Source: Paramoeba atlantica
Lineage: Eukaryota; Protista; Discosea
Direction: 5' to 3'
Length of the DNA: 64,000 bases
Assembly: GCA_977017575.1 (NCBI GenBank)
Contig: CDRNVI010000144.1
Span: 62,001 to 126,000, forward strand
A program made the translations under genes and the position numbers. Shown in pieces: positions 40,406 to 53,480 of this stretch (position 1 is the first letter of the stretch; each line of letters opens with the position of its first letter). A model generated the notes under the pieces. The model did not search any database. It saw only the letters and a list, made by a program, of their open reading frames with translations, and had not been told where the DNA came from.

Positions 40406-41310
40406 TCAAGTTCCTTTTCTCTTCTTCATAAACATTTTGTCTTTCTCTTCTTCTTCTTTTGGTTCAGTCGCCAACCTCTCTGTGATTTCTTCCAAATGTT
40501 TCTTGAGAATAATTTCTGTTTCCATCATCTTTTTTGACTTCTTTTCTTTCGCTTCAAGATTACAAAGTCTTCTTTCGATGTTTCGTCGTTGGTTTTGAAG
40601 CTTTCTTGATTGCCCAAATGATCTTGGTTTACCACAATCTTCCTCTTCCTCTTCTTCCTCTTCTTCCTCTTCTTCCTCTTCTTCCTTAGAGGATTGGATT
40701 TCTTCAATCTCCTCTTCCTCTTGTTTGTTTCCAACAATGTCCTTTTGACTTTTCAAATCAACAAGGTTCTCTCGAACTTGGGTTTTGTTTTCAGTCAACC
40801 GTTCCTTTCTTTGTTGGAGAGCCACAATCTTTTCTTCAAGAACATCAATCTGATCTGCCAGTTTCTTGTCACGTTTACTGAGAATTTCAATCTCCTTCTC
40901 TCTCTTCTGTTGTTCCTTGAGTCTTTTCTGAGGGTTCTCAGAAACTTCATTCCCCACTTTCTCAACCTTCTTCTCTCCATCACCACCCACTCAATTTTCG
41001 ACCTCTTGGATCTCCTTTTTGGTTTCTTCTTCGACTTGACTCTCCTGCTTTTGTTGTCTTGTTCTTTTTTGGGAGAACAAACAAAGCGTCTTCCAAGTCT
41101 TGATCACGTTTCAAAGACAACATCACACTCATCATCAAGATAGAACACTCGAACTGCAGTTGAAGTTCCGTACACATTCTGGATCTTCCTTCGGAGACTT
41201 CGAAAGTCTTGAGCTTGAACAGAACACACTCTTCCATTCTCAGTGTTTTGAACTTCCCACCACTCTTCTTCTCTTTCGACAATCGACATCAATTGAATTC
41301 TCATCACCAT
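40406..41310 (-). pseudogene. Frameshifted gene with a PB1-like domain and acidic coiled-coil region
   Basis: Joining ORFs 41104-41310 and 40980-41282 across a frameshift gives VRVFYLDDECDVV-LKRDQDLEDAL, resembling the PB1 OPCA motif. The downstream frames are coiled-coil and Glu-rich. Confidence 0.5.
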
Positions 41311-41953
41311 ATTTTGATTGATTGTTGTTGTTTTTTCTGTTTCAAGTTATCCAGAAAAAGAAATGTTTTGAATTAAAAACAAAACCTGAGGGTGTGGTTG
41401 ATTGTGTTTGTTGTCGTTCACGAGGGAATGAGAGGGGGGGGGGGTGTGGCGAGAAGGAACACCAATCAAAATTGAACAAAAAAAAACAAAAAAAAATCAC
41501 TGAAAGAACAACCAAAAACACACACACAGAAAAAAAAAAAAGAAAAAAAAGGCTGATAGGACCTGAAATAGAGGTCCATCATATTCGGACCCAAAATAGA
41601 GGTCCGTTTTTCTTTTTTTGTTTTTGTTTTTTTGTTCGTTTGTTTTTTTTTGGTTTTCCTCAGTCTTTCTTTTTCCTCTTTCTCTTTTCTTCTGTCTTTC
41701 TTTCTTATCTTTCTTTTTGTGGGTTGTTAATTTTTTTTCCTTCTCTTTCTTTGTTTTTTCTTTATTTTTTTCTTTCTTTTTTTTGAAATTCCACCACTTT
41801 TTCTCTCTTTCCATTGAGGTTTTTTCTCTTTTCTCTTTTCTCTTTTCTTTTTTCTCTTTTCTTCTTTCTTTTCTCTCATCTTTCTTTTCTCTTTCTCTTT
41901 TCTTTTTATTAATTTGGATTGATATTAAAAGAAGAAAAAAAAGAAGAGAAAGT

Positions 41954-42072
41954 GTCTTCGGTCATACCCAGTTGAAAGCACCCGATCCCATCAGAACTCG
42001 GAAGTTAAGCAGCTGTGGGCTCGGTTAGTAGAATGGTGGGTGACCACATTCGAATCCCGAGTGCTGAAGACC
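41954..42072 (+). rRNA. 5S rRNA
   Basis: Identical over 119 nt to the reverse complement of 33256-33374. Confidence 0.95.
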
Positions 42073-42131
42073 TTCTCTTTTTTTCTTTTTTTTCTCTCTT
42101 TTTTTTTCTCTCTTTTTTTTTTTTTTCTCTC

Positions 42132-45100
42132 TTTTTTTTTTTTTTCAATGAAAGAGATTTTTATTCGAAATAGATGGTTGTAAGAGAAGGGAATGGTTCT
42201 CACCCAGTGAGAGGAGGAACTGCAGAAAAAGGGGGTAGTACATGTGGAAAGAAGAGGGGGGAATGGAAATGTCATTTGGATTGAGAGATGATGAGAAGCA
42301 CAGAGAGTGATGGGTCAAAAGGGGGTTGCTGGGTTTTAGATTTTCCTGTATGCTCATCATGTGGTTTGCCATTGCTTTCATTAGTGCAGCTGAAATCTTC
42401 TTCTTTGCTGTTCTTAAGAAGAGGGGGAGGGGGTTGGCATCCAGGACTCGGTCGTTTTGGAGGGCAATTGAGGCGAGGGATCGTAGGAGTGCACTAATGT
42501 CAGGGGATATTCCACCACCTGAGGATGAAGATGCTGGAAGGAAGATGACTTCACCTTGGAGAAACGGAAAGAGTTATTTGTTTAAGGGTCCGTTTCTCCT
42601 CAGGGGTGTCTCTGCCCCTTCCTGCATTAAAGTCTGTTTCAGTCAGACATCTGTTCACATATTCTCTGCATTTCATGATCCTGGCATGGTGTGCAGCAGG
42701 TGAGAGGGTGTCGAGTATGGGGGGTCAGAGTGGGTTTTGGTGGGTGTTTGGATCACACAGCGAAAGTGGGGGGTTTTGTGGGTTGACACAACTCGAACAT
42801 CAATACACAGATCCTGGTCGCCTTGCCACTCGCGGATTGTAAGATCAGGTTGCTTGTGTGACTTCCTGATTGGCTGGTAGGCTCCATCTCAGATTGTTGT
42901 TTTTCCCACCCAGCTGGCAATGTTCTTGAATTCATCACGGAGAGCATGGTGTCTTCTTGTGTGGTTCCTCTTCCACGACTGGTGCAATCTGAGAGGTGGA
43001 GGGAGGATGCAGCACAGAGTTCTTTTTCACAGAATCCACACTTGACAGTCCCAAGTTTGCAGAGAGCCCCAAGGTGTGGGTCAACTATGTCAAGCCTACA
43101 TCGGTAGGCTGAGCGAAAATCTTCAGCATTTAAGGCTCAATATGGCTTTGGCCCAGAGGTGTCCTTGTCAGGGTAGGCTGTCATCCACAAGTGGGTGGTG
43201 GGGCCAACCTCATTCTCACGGATTGCACGGCAGAGGTTTTTGTCTTGTGTTGGGTCCATGATCTTCTTTTTGACATCCTGAAGTTCACAGGAGGTGAACT
43301 TCTTCTGTGGTTTGTAGTTTTCTCCAGTGCCCATTGAGTCAGATGGTGGCTCTGTCAATTGAGTTAGGAGCTCATGGACAGAGGTACCACTTGGCAGTTT
43401 CCACTTGCTCAAGATGAAGCTTTCAAAATGGTCATATATGCTTGGTGGAGAGCCTGGTGCTGGGGTGAGTCACTCTTCCAGAAGTCTTCAAAGAGGTTGG
43501 TAAGTTCAGGTTTGAACTCAGAGCAGGATCAGTAGACTGAGATCCAGGAGCCAAGGAAGGCTGCTTGGTGGGTGTTCTGAGAGTAGCTCAAGCCACCACC
43601 ACCTTTTGACTTTGGAAGGCCTGCAGCTTCTACTTGAGAGAGATGGAGTTCTTTGTTTGGATGCAGGTGGGGGACTTGGAGGGGGTTGAGGAGGTAATTG
43701 ATGTTTGTTGTAGTGGTTTGCTTGATGAAGTCTTGGAAAGGGGTTAAAGAGAGAGGTGTTGTGTGACAGATGTATGTTAGTTTGGGTGTGATGGTTTTGA
43801 CAAAAAGCTCGAGACTTTCATGGGGGTTGGAGAACATTATTAAACAGTGGTCTTGTGATGCTTGTTGGTATTCTCGAGCAAGGGTGTGAAGCCACTTGGA
43901 AATTTGAGTGTTCAGCCCGATGGGTGACCCTAGAACTGTGATTACTTCCGCCTTCCCAATGCCAAGATTTTTGAGGTCATTGCTCCTGGGCGCTTCGGGA
44001 GAGAAACAGACCATTTTGCCCCTTTCTGTGCCAAGTTTGAGGTTGGCATTTGGGAGGACACTCTGGATCTGAGTGGTGATTTCTGCAATGGCAACTGGGC
44101 TCCCACAAACAAATATATCATCGACAAAGAGGAGAAGAAGAAGTGCATTTGGTGGAGCATCAACCTTCTGAAAGATTGGATTGAGGATTCCATGAAATCC
44201 CAGACAAAAGAAAATTGTCCCAAGGGGATCTCCTTGCTGGACACCCTCCTCCATGGTGAGGGTGTGGTTCTGGTCATGAGAGAGTGAGGGGTGTTGCTGA
44301 AGAATAGAAGGTGTAGAGGTATGGAAGTAATACAGGGGCCAGCTGGACTGTGCTCTCAAAGATGGTTTTTCTTGAGATGGAATTGAAGGCATTAACAATG
44401 TCCAGTTTCGTGGCATAATGTTGTGGGTGGAGGTGGAGATAGGCTGTGATATTGCTTTGTGGACCATTTTTGCACCACTTGGCAAGCATACACTATACTG
44501 ATGGGACAATTTCTCAGGAATTCCCTCGTGTTGGACTTCAAGAACAAGTGCAATCGCTGCCCACCTCTTGAGAACTTCAGCAACACCAATTGGACGGATC
44601 CCTTTGTCCACCTTTTGCCAGAGGAATGAAGAGAGAGGTTGCCATGATGTTGTGTATGGTTTCATTGAGTTTTTGGTTGGTGATTAAGACAGTCAATTCT
44701 TTGAGGGTTGAGTGGAGTTCTTGGTCTGTGCATAGGAGTGTGACAAACTCATAAGACATTCCTGAGAGCCCTGGTGTGCGGCCTTTTGGAAGTCTCCGAA
44801 GGGCCAGATCAAGTGAGTCAAAGGACTGAAACTCATCTTGTTCAAGGATTGCTGGTTTCCAGTCAGGAATTTCGGCTCGATCTGGTGGAGTCCACACCTG
44901 CTCAGATCTTGGGTAGAGGTTCTTCGCAGTTTCATGATTTTCTGGGACTGAGAGATCCCTGAATCCACTCTTGGATTGAAGCTTCCTTGCAGCTTTGGAG
45001 AGATGTCCTTTTCTGACCTCTTCAATAATCTGGTCTGCCTTGGTTTTCTTGGTGGACTTCTGCTTCCTCTTTTGCTTGAGTTTGCTGAGCTTGCCCTCAA

Positions 45101-46760
45101 GTTTTTTGTGGAGTCTCTTCCACTCAAAATTTCGCACCATGGTGCATCGAGATTTCACTTCTTTCATTCCTCAAGTACCCCTTCTAAGGCAGCCAAAGAT
45201 CCATTTTGGGAGGAGGATCAGGAGTTGGGGTATCTTATGAAAGAGGTGTCATACAGCACAAAAAGTTTTGATGACTGTATCACGAAGGCAGAGTGTGGTA
45301 CTGAGTCCATGTAGCAGAGGGGGATGTGTTTTGAGAAGGAGTCTCCTTCAAGAGAGAGGATGAAGTTCATTGTAGTCTCTTCTTTGCTTCCATGAGGAAG
45401 GGTTGTAGAGTGCCCATGATTGAAGAAGAGTTGTTGGATGTGTTGTGGGTCTGGGTCGAGGATGGGTGTGATTCTCCAGGTGTTGTCAGGGCATCCTCTG
45501 TGTACTGCTAAACTTGTGATCCTATCTGCCAAAGAGTTGTTCTTGCGGTTTCTCCAGTTAATATGGTTTTCAGGGCTTGGGAGAATGGATGAGAGAGTGG
45601 ACAATTTCCTTATTCTCACAAACGACACAGAGTGATGAGCTTCCAACACACCATCCATTTTGGGTTGGTAGCAACAGATCCATCCCCACAGATGAAAAAG
45701 AAGTTGTCTTTGACATTTGTGAGCGAGATTTCGGGAGGCTGTGGTGCAGGTTTCCAGTGTTGCCAGAACTGTAGGAGAAAGGCTATTCTCCCCGTGCTAC
45801 TTGTGATTTGAGAGAAGGGGGACGATATCTCATCTTGCTTTGTTTGTTGAGCATTTTTGAAATCTGAGGAGAGAATGGGAGTAAGGTCTTAGTTTTTCTG
45901 TTGGCCACCAAAGAAGTGGTTGATTTCAAGTCCAAGGAGGTCACAAGCTCTGCATGTTTGGAGGGAGCTTGTTCTTGTGTGATCCAAGTTTCTGAAGCGG
46001 GGGACAGTTAAGACTATATCTTCAAAGGAGCCATTTTCGAAGAGTTCAAGGATAAGGGAGAGGGAGGGAGGGTGGGAGGGAAGTGGGGAGGGAGGGTGGG
46101 AGGGAATTGGAGAGGGAGGGTGGGAGGGGGGATTGGAGGGAGAGCAGGGAGGGGAGGTTAGGGATGGGAGAGGTTGGGGGGGGGGGGGAGGAAGAGGGTG
46201 ACAGAGAGTTTGTGACTTCCTGTGGTGGGAAAAGGAGCAGAATGTAAGGAGGCACTTCTCACATTGGGAGACTATTACTTTTTGGTGTTGGCCTCTGCAT
46301 CTTCAGTATGAGCAATTGCCAAGGAATTTTGGAGGATGTGAAGTTGTCTTCTGGGCCTGAGGATTGTCCATTCGATTTAGTTCTTTTTCTCTTTCTTTTC
46401 TGTTTCATTCATTCTTTTCTTTTTCTGATTTTTCTCTTTCTTCCTCTTTTTTTCCATTCTTTTTCCTTCCTGTTTTTTTTCCTCCTCTATTTTCTTTTTC
46501 TTTTTGTTCTCTTCCTTTCTTTTCTCTCTTTCTTTGTTGTTTCTGCTCCTGCTCTCTTGCTTTTTTGGGGTTCTCTTTGTCTTTTTCCTTCCTTTTCTCT
46601 TTCTCTGACCTCTTCTTTTTTTCCTTCTTTTTCTTTCTCTTGCTCTCCTTCTTGGCTGCGACTCTTTTTCGAGTGAAGTTTTGGGAACCGAAAGTTTTCT
46701 GTGCTATCTGGTTTGAGGGTGCCCAGGATCAAGAGGCATGGCTGTGGCAATCTCAAAAAT
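42132..46760 (-). mobile_element. CRE-like non-LTR retrotransposon (RT plus restriction-like endonuclease), decayed
   Basis: RT motifs GIRPIG, LDIVNAFNSISR, GVQQGDPLG and FVDD (43529-45167). The C-terminus has CGFC..H..C, RRHH, QPDL and IDVRV (~42750-43060). AATAAA and poly(A) on the minus strand lie at 42132-42170. The 5' boundary is uncertain (46300-47270). Confidence 0.8.
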
Positions 46761-48929
46761 CTTTTGTTATGTCAGGGGTGGGGAGCAGAGCTTTTGAAGG
46801 TGGGGTTTGAGAGGAAGAGGGGAGAGTGGGTATTGATTCAGATGAAGTGGGAAGTGATTGGTGGTGTGGTTGGTTTGTGGTTTGTTGTTTGTTGTTTTTC
46901 AAGGGGGAAAAAGTCTTTTTTTTTTCTCTTTTTTTCTTTTCTTTTTCTTTTGAAATCTCTTTTTTTTTTCCTTTCCTCCCCTCCCTCCTTTTTTTTTTTT
47001 TGTCTTTTTGTCTTTTTCACTTTGTTTTTGTTTTTCTTTTCTTTCTCTTTCATTCTTCTTCTCTCTTTTGGGATTTTTGAATTCTTTGTTTTTCTTTTGT
47101 CTCTCCTTTCTCCCTTTCTCACCACCACTCTTTCTCTCTTTCTAGAGTGCAAACATGCCCAAAGTTGTGCAGGTAGTGCCATGACAAAGACTTTTTTCTT
47201 TTTTTGTTCTTTTGTTTTGGAGTTGAATTGTTCTGGCCCTTGAAATTGCTCAAAAAAATTATTGTACAACTCTAATTAAGGCAGGTATTTCTTTCAATCC
47301 CCAAAATTTTTTTGGATTTTAAATTCAAAGACCCTCTTCTTGAAACTGATCTTTTTTTTTTTTGAAAAAAGACTCATGAAACCCATAAAGAAGCAATTCT
47401 TGAAAGTAGTGCAAGCTGAGTGTGAATATTGTCAAGGACCAGACCACAAAGCAATGACTTATGCTGGACCATTCATTGTTGTTCCTTTCTTGTCTGAGGA
47501 GAAATGGTGAAGACAATTAAAAAAGGTTTTAGATTGAAAAATTATTAGAAAAGGACTCACCTCCTGGAACCAATGATTGAAACACTGAAAATTGTGAATT
47601 GTTGTTGAACATTTTGTTTTGAATGAAAATGGTTGTTTTTCTTTATTGGCCCCCAAATTCTTTGATAAAGTTGGGCAATCTGCTTTTGTGGAAGTGGTGG
47701 GGAATTTTCTGGTGGTTTATGAAGTGGTTATGATTGAAACAAGGAAAGCCAACCTACTTGTGGTTATTTTATTTGCTGCCCACCACACATCAAAGCATTT
47801 AATAACTTTGATCTTTTTGTTGATAAAAGTTCATCATTTGATTGATCTTCCTGAGGAAATTTCATTTCATGACCTCCTTGCTTGCAAAGAAGATTGAGGA
47901 GGATGAGGAGAATGATGAAAAAGGAAAAGAAGAAGAGGAGGAGCAGGTAAGAACTCTTGAACTTGGTGCTGGTGGATTGCAATTCTCTTTCTTCCCTTGA
48001 TATGGCCCAGAGAAATATTTCTCCTGCAATTTGAGAATTTTTCTGAATTTTTTTGAAAAAAGACCCTACTCTTCCATCACCAACCACAATCCAATAGATT
48101 TGTTGTGAAGGCAGCATCCAATCAAAATTAGAAGTACTACTATGAGTCCAAGAATGAAAATCCTCAACTCTCTCTCATGATGGAAGTTCATTACAAAGAC
48201 AAAATCTTCTTTCTGTTGGGATCCAGGGCAAAGGTAGGCATGTTAATTTAGGTATTTGAGAAACAGTTGATCATGATGCCCTGTCAATTGCAAAGGATAT
48301 TTTTTCTCTTTTAAATGGTCTCCAAAATCTGACAAAGAAATTCCCTAAAATCCAGTCCTTTTCAGATTCTTTGAGCCTCTCTTCCTTTGAATCTGTGATG
48401 GGGGATCATACTCCTTCAAACCCAGCAGCAGTTGGAGAATTGAGTCAAATGGCTGGAAAAATCCTTCAGATTCTTGGTTGCCATGCCCATAAATGTGATT
48501 TTGTTGAAGAAGCTTTTTGAAAGGCCCTAATCAAAAACCTGTCTTCTTGAGTTGAATAGGTTGTTGATGATGATAGTCTTGATTGTGGTGGTGGATCTGA
48601 CTTATTGATGAAAGCTCCAACAAGAGTGAAAAATATTCACTCTTCTTCATACTTTCTGTATCAACTTGGAAAACTTACACTGACTTCATTAAACAAGTAT
48701 GGGCATTCTGAAAAATTTCAGGTCTGAACAGTACAACATAATTTTATCCACCACCACCTCACACCTCTCCACTCAAATCAGTTTTTAGTTTATTCATACA
48801 ATAGTTTGACTTGTTATCAAGACTTACACTATTAGGAAATGTTTGTGGGGAGTTGTTTACCTTCTTCCACTTGAACATTTGAAATAGAGAATGAACAAGA
48901 AATTATTAAAAGTGATTTTTTTAATATTA

Positions 48930-49505
48930 ATTTTTTTGTAATCTCAATTTCTTAATTAAGTTTCCATATTGAATAAAATGTTTTAATTTATTTTTTAATT
49001 CTCTGATATGTTTTAAATTTATTTTTCATTTTAAAAATATTTTTTAAGTTGATTCAATCAAATTTCTTAATTGTTTTGAATTGATGTATTTGATTTATTT
49101 TTTATTTTCTTTTTTTCACATTAATTTTTTGTAATTTCAATTTCTTAATTATGTCTCCATATTGAATGTAATTTCTTAATTTATTTTCTGATTCTCTGAT
49201 ATTTTTAGAACTTATATTTCAGATCTGTGATATTTTTTAAGTTGGTTCAATAAAATTTCTTAATTGTTTTTGGTTGATGTATTTGATTTATTTTTTATTT
49301 CATTTTTTTCATATTATTTTTTTGTAATTTCAATTTCTTAATTATATCTCCATATTGAATGCAATTCCTTAATTTATTTTCTGATTCTGTGATATTTTTA
49401 GAACTTATTTTTCAGATCTATGATATTTTTTAAGTTGGTTCAATCAAATTTCTTAATTGTTTTGAATTGATGTATTTGATTTATTTTTTATTTTCTTTTT
49501 TATCA
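48930..49505. repeat. 193-bp AT-rich tandem repeat x3
   Basis: GTAAT(C/T)TCAATTTCTTAATT at 48938, 49131 and 49324, with colinear units. Confidence 0.85.
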
Positions 49506-50599
49506 AAAATTTTTTTCTCTTTTTTGAATATTTAAAATCTTATTTTTTTAAAAAATATAAAAATTAAATTGAGAAAAATATTTTTTTTTTAGCTAAATAA
49601 AGAAAATTAGTTTTGTCTCTGAAATTGATTTTAGTTTTTTGTTTATTTTTGTTGGTTTTTGTTTAATTGCTTTATTTCACCTAAATTCAAAAACAAGAAT
49701 CTATTATCTTCTTTCATAAAAAAAAAAAAAATCTTTTGCCCTTCTTGTTGAAGTAATTTCATTGTAAAATTTAAAACTTCTAGTTCATGAATACATTTTT
49801 TTTTCTAAAACCTTTGAATAAGAAAAGTTAACTCTTTGTTAAACTTTAATAAAGTAATATTATTGTTTTTATAAAAAATTAATTCTTAATAGTCCAAATG
49901 AAAAAGAATGAATAATAACTTTTACAAATGTAAGTTGTTTTTTTCAAATTAACTAACAACAAAACAGAAAACTTTCCAAAACCTGGGGTAACTTGTTTTT
50001 TAGAGTGAAATCAAAGATGTGAAAACACTTTACAAAGATTGAACCTTTTCAAATTGATAAAATTGTTAAATATATGTAAAAATGTAATGGAAACCAAGTT
50101 TCATTGATCCAAACCACCCTCAAAGATTGGATTAATACCACTTTCTTAAAAGCAATTTTTTTCACTTGAATTTATTCCTTTGTTTAGAGTGAAAAACAAC
50201 TTTTTCTTATTGATTTAGAGCCACTTGAGGCAGAGAGGTACAGTTTGTTTGAAGAAAAACTGAAACAAAATGTAAAAGAATTGCAAGAAAAGATTGATGC
50301 TGCTCACTTTCAATTGATCATGAATATTAATGAAACTGATTTTAATTACAAAAAAGATACTAAAAAACTCAAGGTTGTTTTAATACATAATTGCTCCTAT
50401 ATATATTATTCCTCTTGAAATGAATTCTATATCACTTTAATGCTCATAGTTAGTATTATTGAATGGAATCTTTCAATTTTTACAATTATCAAAACAATAT
50501 CCTTTGTTTCAAACTTAGAGGTAATGTAGAATCTCTCAGTGAATGAGTGGTGTTATGTAATATCATTTTCATCACCAAATATCAATAATAAGTTATTTT

Positions 50600-53160
50600 C
50601 TTATTGAATTGATAAAATTTTTATTCTAAAAGTGATTATAAGATGTTGATTTTTAGAGTTCAAAGATAATACCAAAGCTTTTCTTATCTTAAATAGTTGT
50701 TTTGCTTATAATGTTACAAACCTTCAAGCCTTAACTTGTAATTTCACAAAGTAATTCATTTAAAGTATAATTTTTTCTAGTATAGGTTTTGAACATTACC
50801 TTGGTAAGAATTATACAATCTCCAACAATCATAATCTCTTTTATCATTGATTTAACACTTTGTATCCCTCTCAAACAGCCTGTAAATTCACCAATATTGT
50901 TAAAGCCAAAAGAAATGGTTTCAAACCCACCACATATCTCTCTTTCTTTCCTGAAAACTGCAAAACCTACACCCCCTAAATGAGGGTTTGTATGTCCTGA
51001 ACTATTATAAAACATTTAAAAGTCTTTGAATTTAAAACTTTTCTTTTCTTTAGATTCTTTCTTGATTTGAGTCCTTAGAGGCCAAGGGAGGATTTTATTC
51101 TTTCTCAGGATTTTTTTGAAAATTTTTTTAGTATATTAGGCTGATTTAGTTCCTTTTGCATACACTGTGAGCCACAAACTCAGCAGGGCAGCACTCACCA
51201 CAGAGGTTTCTTGCTTGGTAAGATACTTTGAGATAAGGCCACACACTCTTAGTTTCTTGCCAGTTGAGTACTTTCAGCAAAATACATTTCCTTCCCCTTG
51301 CTTGAAGAAGACCCTCAGCCACAGAGCATTTTTCCAGTAGATGAAATCATAACTCCTTTTCTCAGTGGCAGCTAAGCAACAACTTGAATCTTAGTTTGAG
51401 AAGTGAGACAACTTGTTTCTTGTAGATAGCTCTTTTATTAGGAATTTAAGTAAATTCCTCTTGAGCTGAGGTCTAATTGCATGAGTCAAGTTGTACACCA
51501 CACACTCAGCTCTTCCTTCCCCCACATACAAGTCTTTGATTTCAATTGGAATCATTTGAGACATATTGGTATATACAACACAAGTGGCCTGGCCAAACAC
51601 AACTTTGGAAGAAAGGCTTTGGGATGCAATGAAAGCATCCTTCTGCATAGCTTCAATGGAGAGAGGACTCTGATAGTCACTCCTTATTGGTGGACAAGAG
51701 GTGAAAAGAGCCCAATTAAAAACAATGGAGTGGTGTAGTTGAGGATTTGAGTCCAAAGGGGATAGCATAAAGTAAGAACAGAGGTTTTAGTGTTGGCATG
51801 GCACCCAGGGCTAAGCAGATGGATTTCCACATCAAAGAGGTGACAGATTTTAGGATCAACTTGAATCTCACTAAGTATTCCATACATGGAGTTAGATAGG
51901 TATTGACCATCTTCACTCTTGAGCAAAAATTCCCACCTCTCTTTTTAATTGCTGTTCCAACTTTCTTCATCTTTTGGACCACAGTGAACGACCTCCTGAC
52001 TCCACACCAGACACACAGTCACTCTGACACACAGAGAACAATGGACTCAAGAATGGTCTTCAAGCGCTTTTTTTATTCTGAAACTCCCAAGTGAGTTTCT
52101 TTCTCTTTCTCTTCTTCAGCTAATATCTGAACTCTACAAGTTCATAATTCTTCTCCTTCTTGAGCTTCATCTTTCACTGAATTCCCCTGGGGCTAAACTA
52201 GCACCCTGTGCACAACCACCTTTTCCCAATCTTTGAGAGGAAATAACCATTTACTCAATCTCACTCCCAGTTTCATCACCACAGTAATTGGGTCTTGCCA
52301 TCTCAGACCAGGGGCCTACTGGTTTGTAAGACTCAGTTGAGAGGTCAAAGCACTTATTAAAGTTCAGTTTAGCTCCAGTCACTTCTTCATATTTCTTAAA
52401 GGTTGGAGTGAGAGAATTAATGGTTTCAGCTCACTGAAGCACCATCCTCAAATCATCCATAAAGCCTGGCAGATCTTGGGGGTTGTGTTTCTTCTTCAAA
52501 CTCACAAGGAAGATGTTAAACACAATCACAAACAATAGAGGGGAGATTGAGCATCCTTGTCTAACTCCTGTCCATCTTTGAATTGATTCTTTGGTGCCTG
52601 CCCTCTTGGATCCACCAATATTTGGCAGCCAAGTTACATATTCACAAAGGACTTTCTCAACAACATAGATTGCTTGAGGGGAGTGTTCAAACCTTTGAAA
52701 ATATGAAGGAGTGCATCACAATTCACATAATCATATGCCTTGCAAAAGTTTGTTTGGAGGAGAGTCACATCTTTCCCCTCTGCCAAAGCTTTGTAAAAAG
52801 AGTCATATACTGATTCTACTGCTTCATCAATTGATCTCCTGAAAATCCATAACCTCACCTGCTTGTTGAATTAGTTCTACCCACATATCAAAGTACTTCT
52901 CTTGTGTTGCCTTATACAAAGAGAAGGGAATACCATCAGGTCCTGTGCTGGTGTTGTTGGTTCTCTGAAGTAGTTTATTGACTTTCTTCCTGTCCACATC
53001 ATGTTTCTCAACTGGGGGGAAATGAGGTTGGTGGTCAGCAATCAGTTCATCAAGAGAATCTTTGTTATATGGTCTTTCTGTGCTGAGAAGACCCTCCCAA
53101 AAATCCTTAATTGCTTTTTTAACCACATTATCATCATGAGAGATCACTCCATCCATGATT
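50600..53160 (-). mobile_element. 5'-truncated L1-like retrotransposon with RT and a downstream RNase H domain, decayed
   Basis: RT fragments STGPDGIP, TNFCKAYDYV and GVRQG (52300-53156), a Cys/His region at ~51700-51900, and RNase HI-like SGHTNPHLGG..NNIGEF..GDC (50731-51015). Confidence 0.75.
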
Positions 53161-53164
53161 ACAT

Positions 53165-53480
53165 GTTGCTTTTAATAAAAAAATAAAGACCATCTTTGCT
53201 CCAAGTTAACAGATCTGTCAGGTCTGTCTGAATGAGTGTATAGTGGTGTGGTTCTACAAATTGACTTCTAGTTGAATGTTTATTCAGAAAGAAACCATAT
53301 TTTTTTGGAAATGAACATCATATAATTGGTTGAGGGGAGACTAGAGTGATATTTTTTCTTGAAATTGTCAAGGGAAAGTTCCATCCTCTTAAAATTCCTG
53401 AAATGGGCTTGTTCAAGTTTCAACCTCTATCAGGTTTTGGAGTGAAAACTGTTGGTTTAATGCTTTACATGAGAGTGGGC
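53165..53480 (+). mobile_element. Degenerate internal fragment of the piggyBac-like transposase
   Basis: Aligns with the reverse complement of ~57200-57480 (DESM, HPFGNE and IFFLEIV regions), with many G>A/C>T changes including the catalytic GAT>AAT. Confidence 0.85.

Noticed and set aside
47330-48900. Complex-sequence relics here and at 53560-55900, 6900-7450 and 63500-64000 as possible transposases or recombinases
   Set aside because: They look like decayed coding DNA, but I could not recover a diagnostic motif in any frame. A frameshift-aware profile search is needed.
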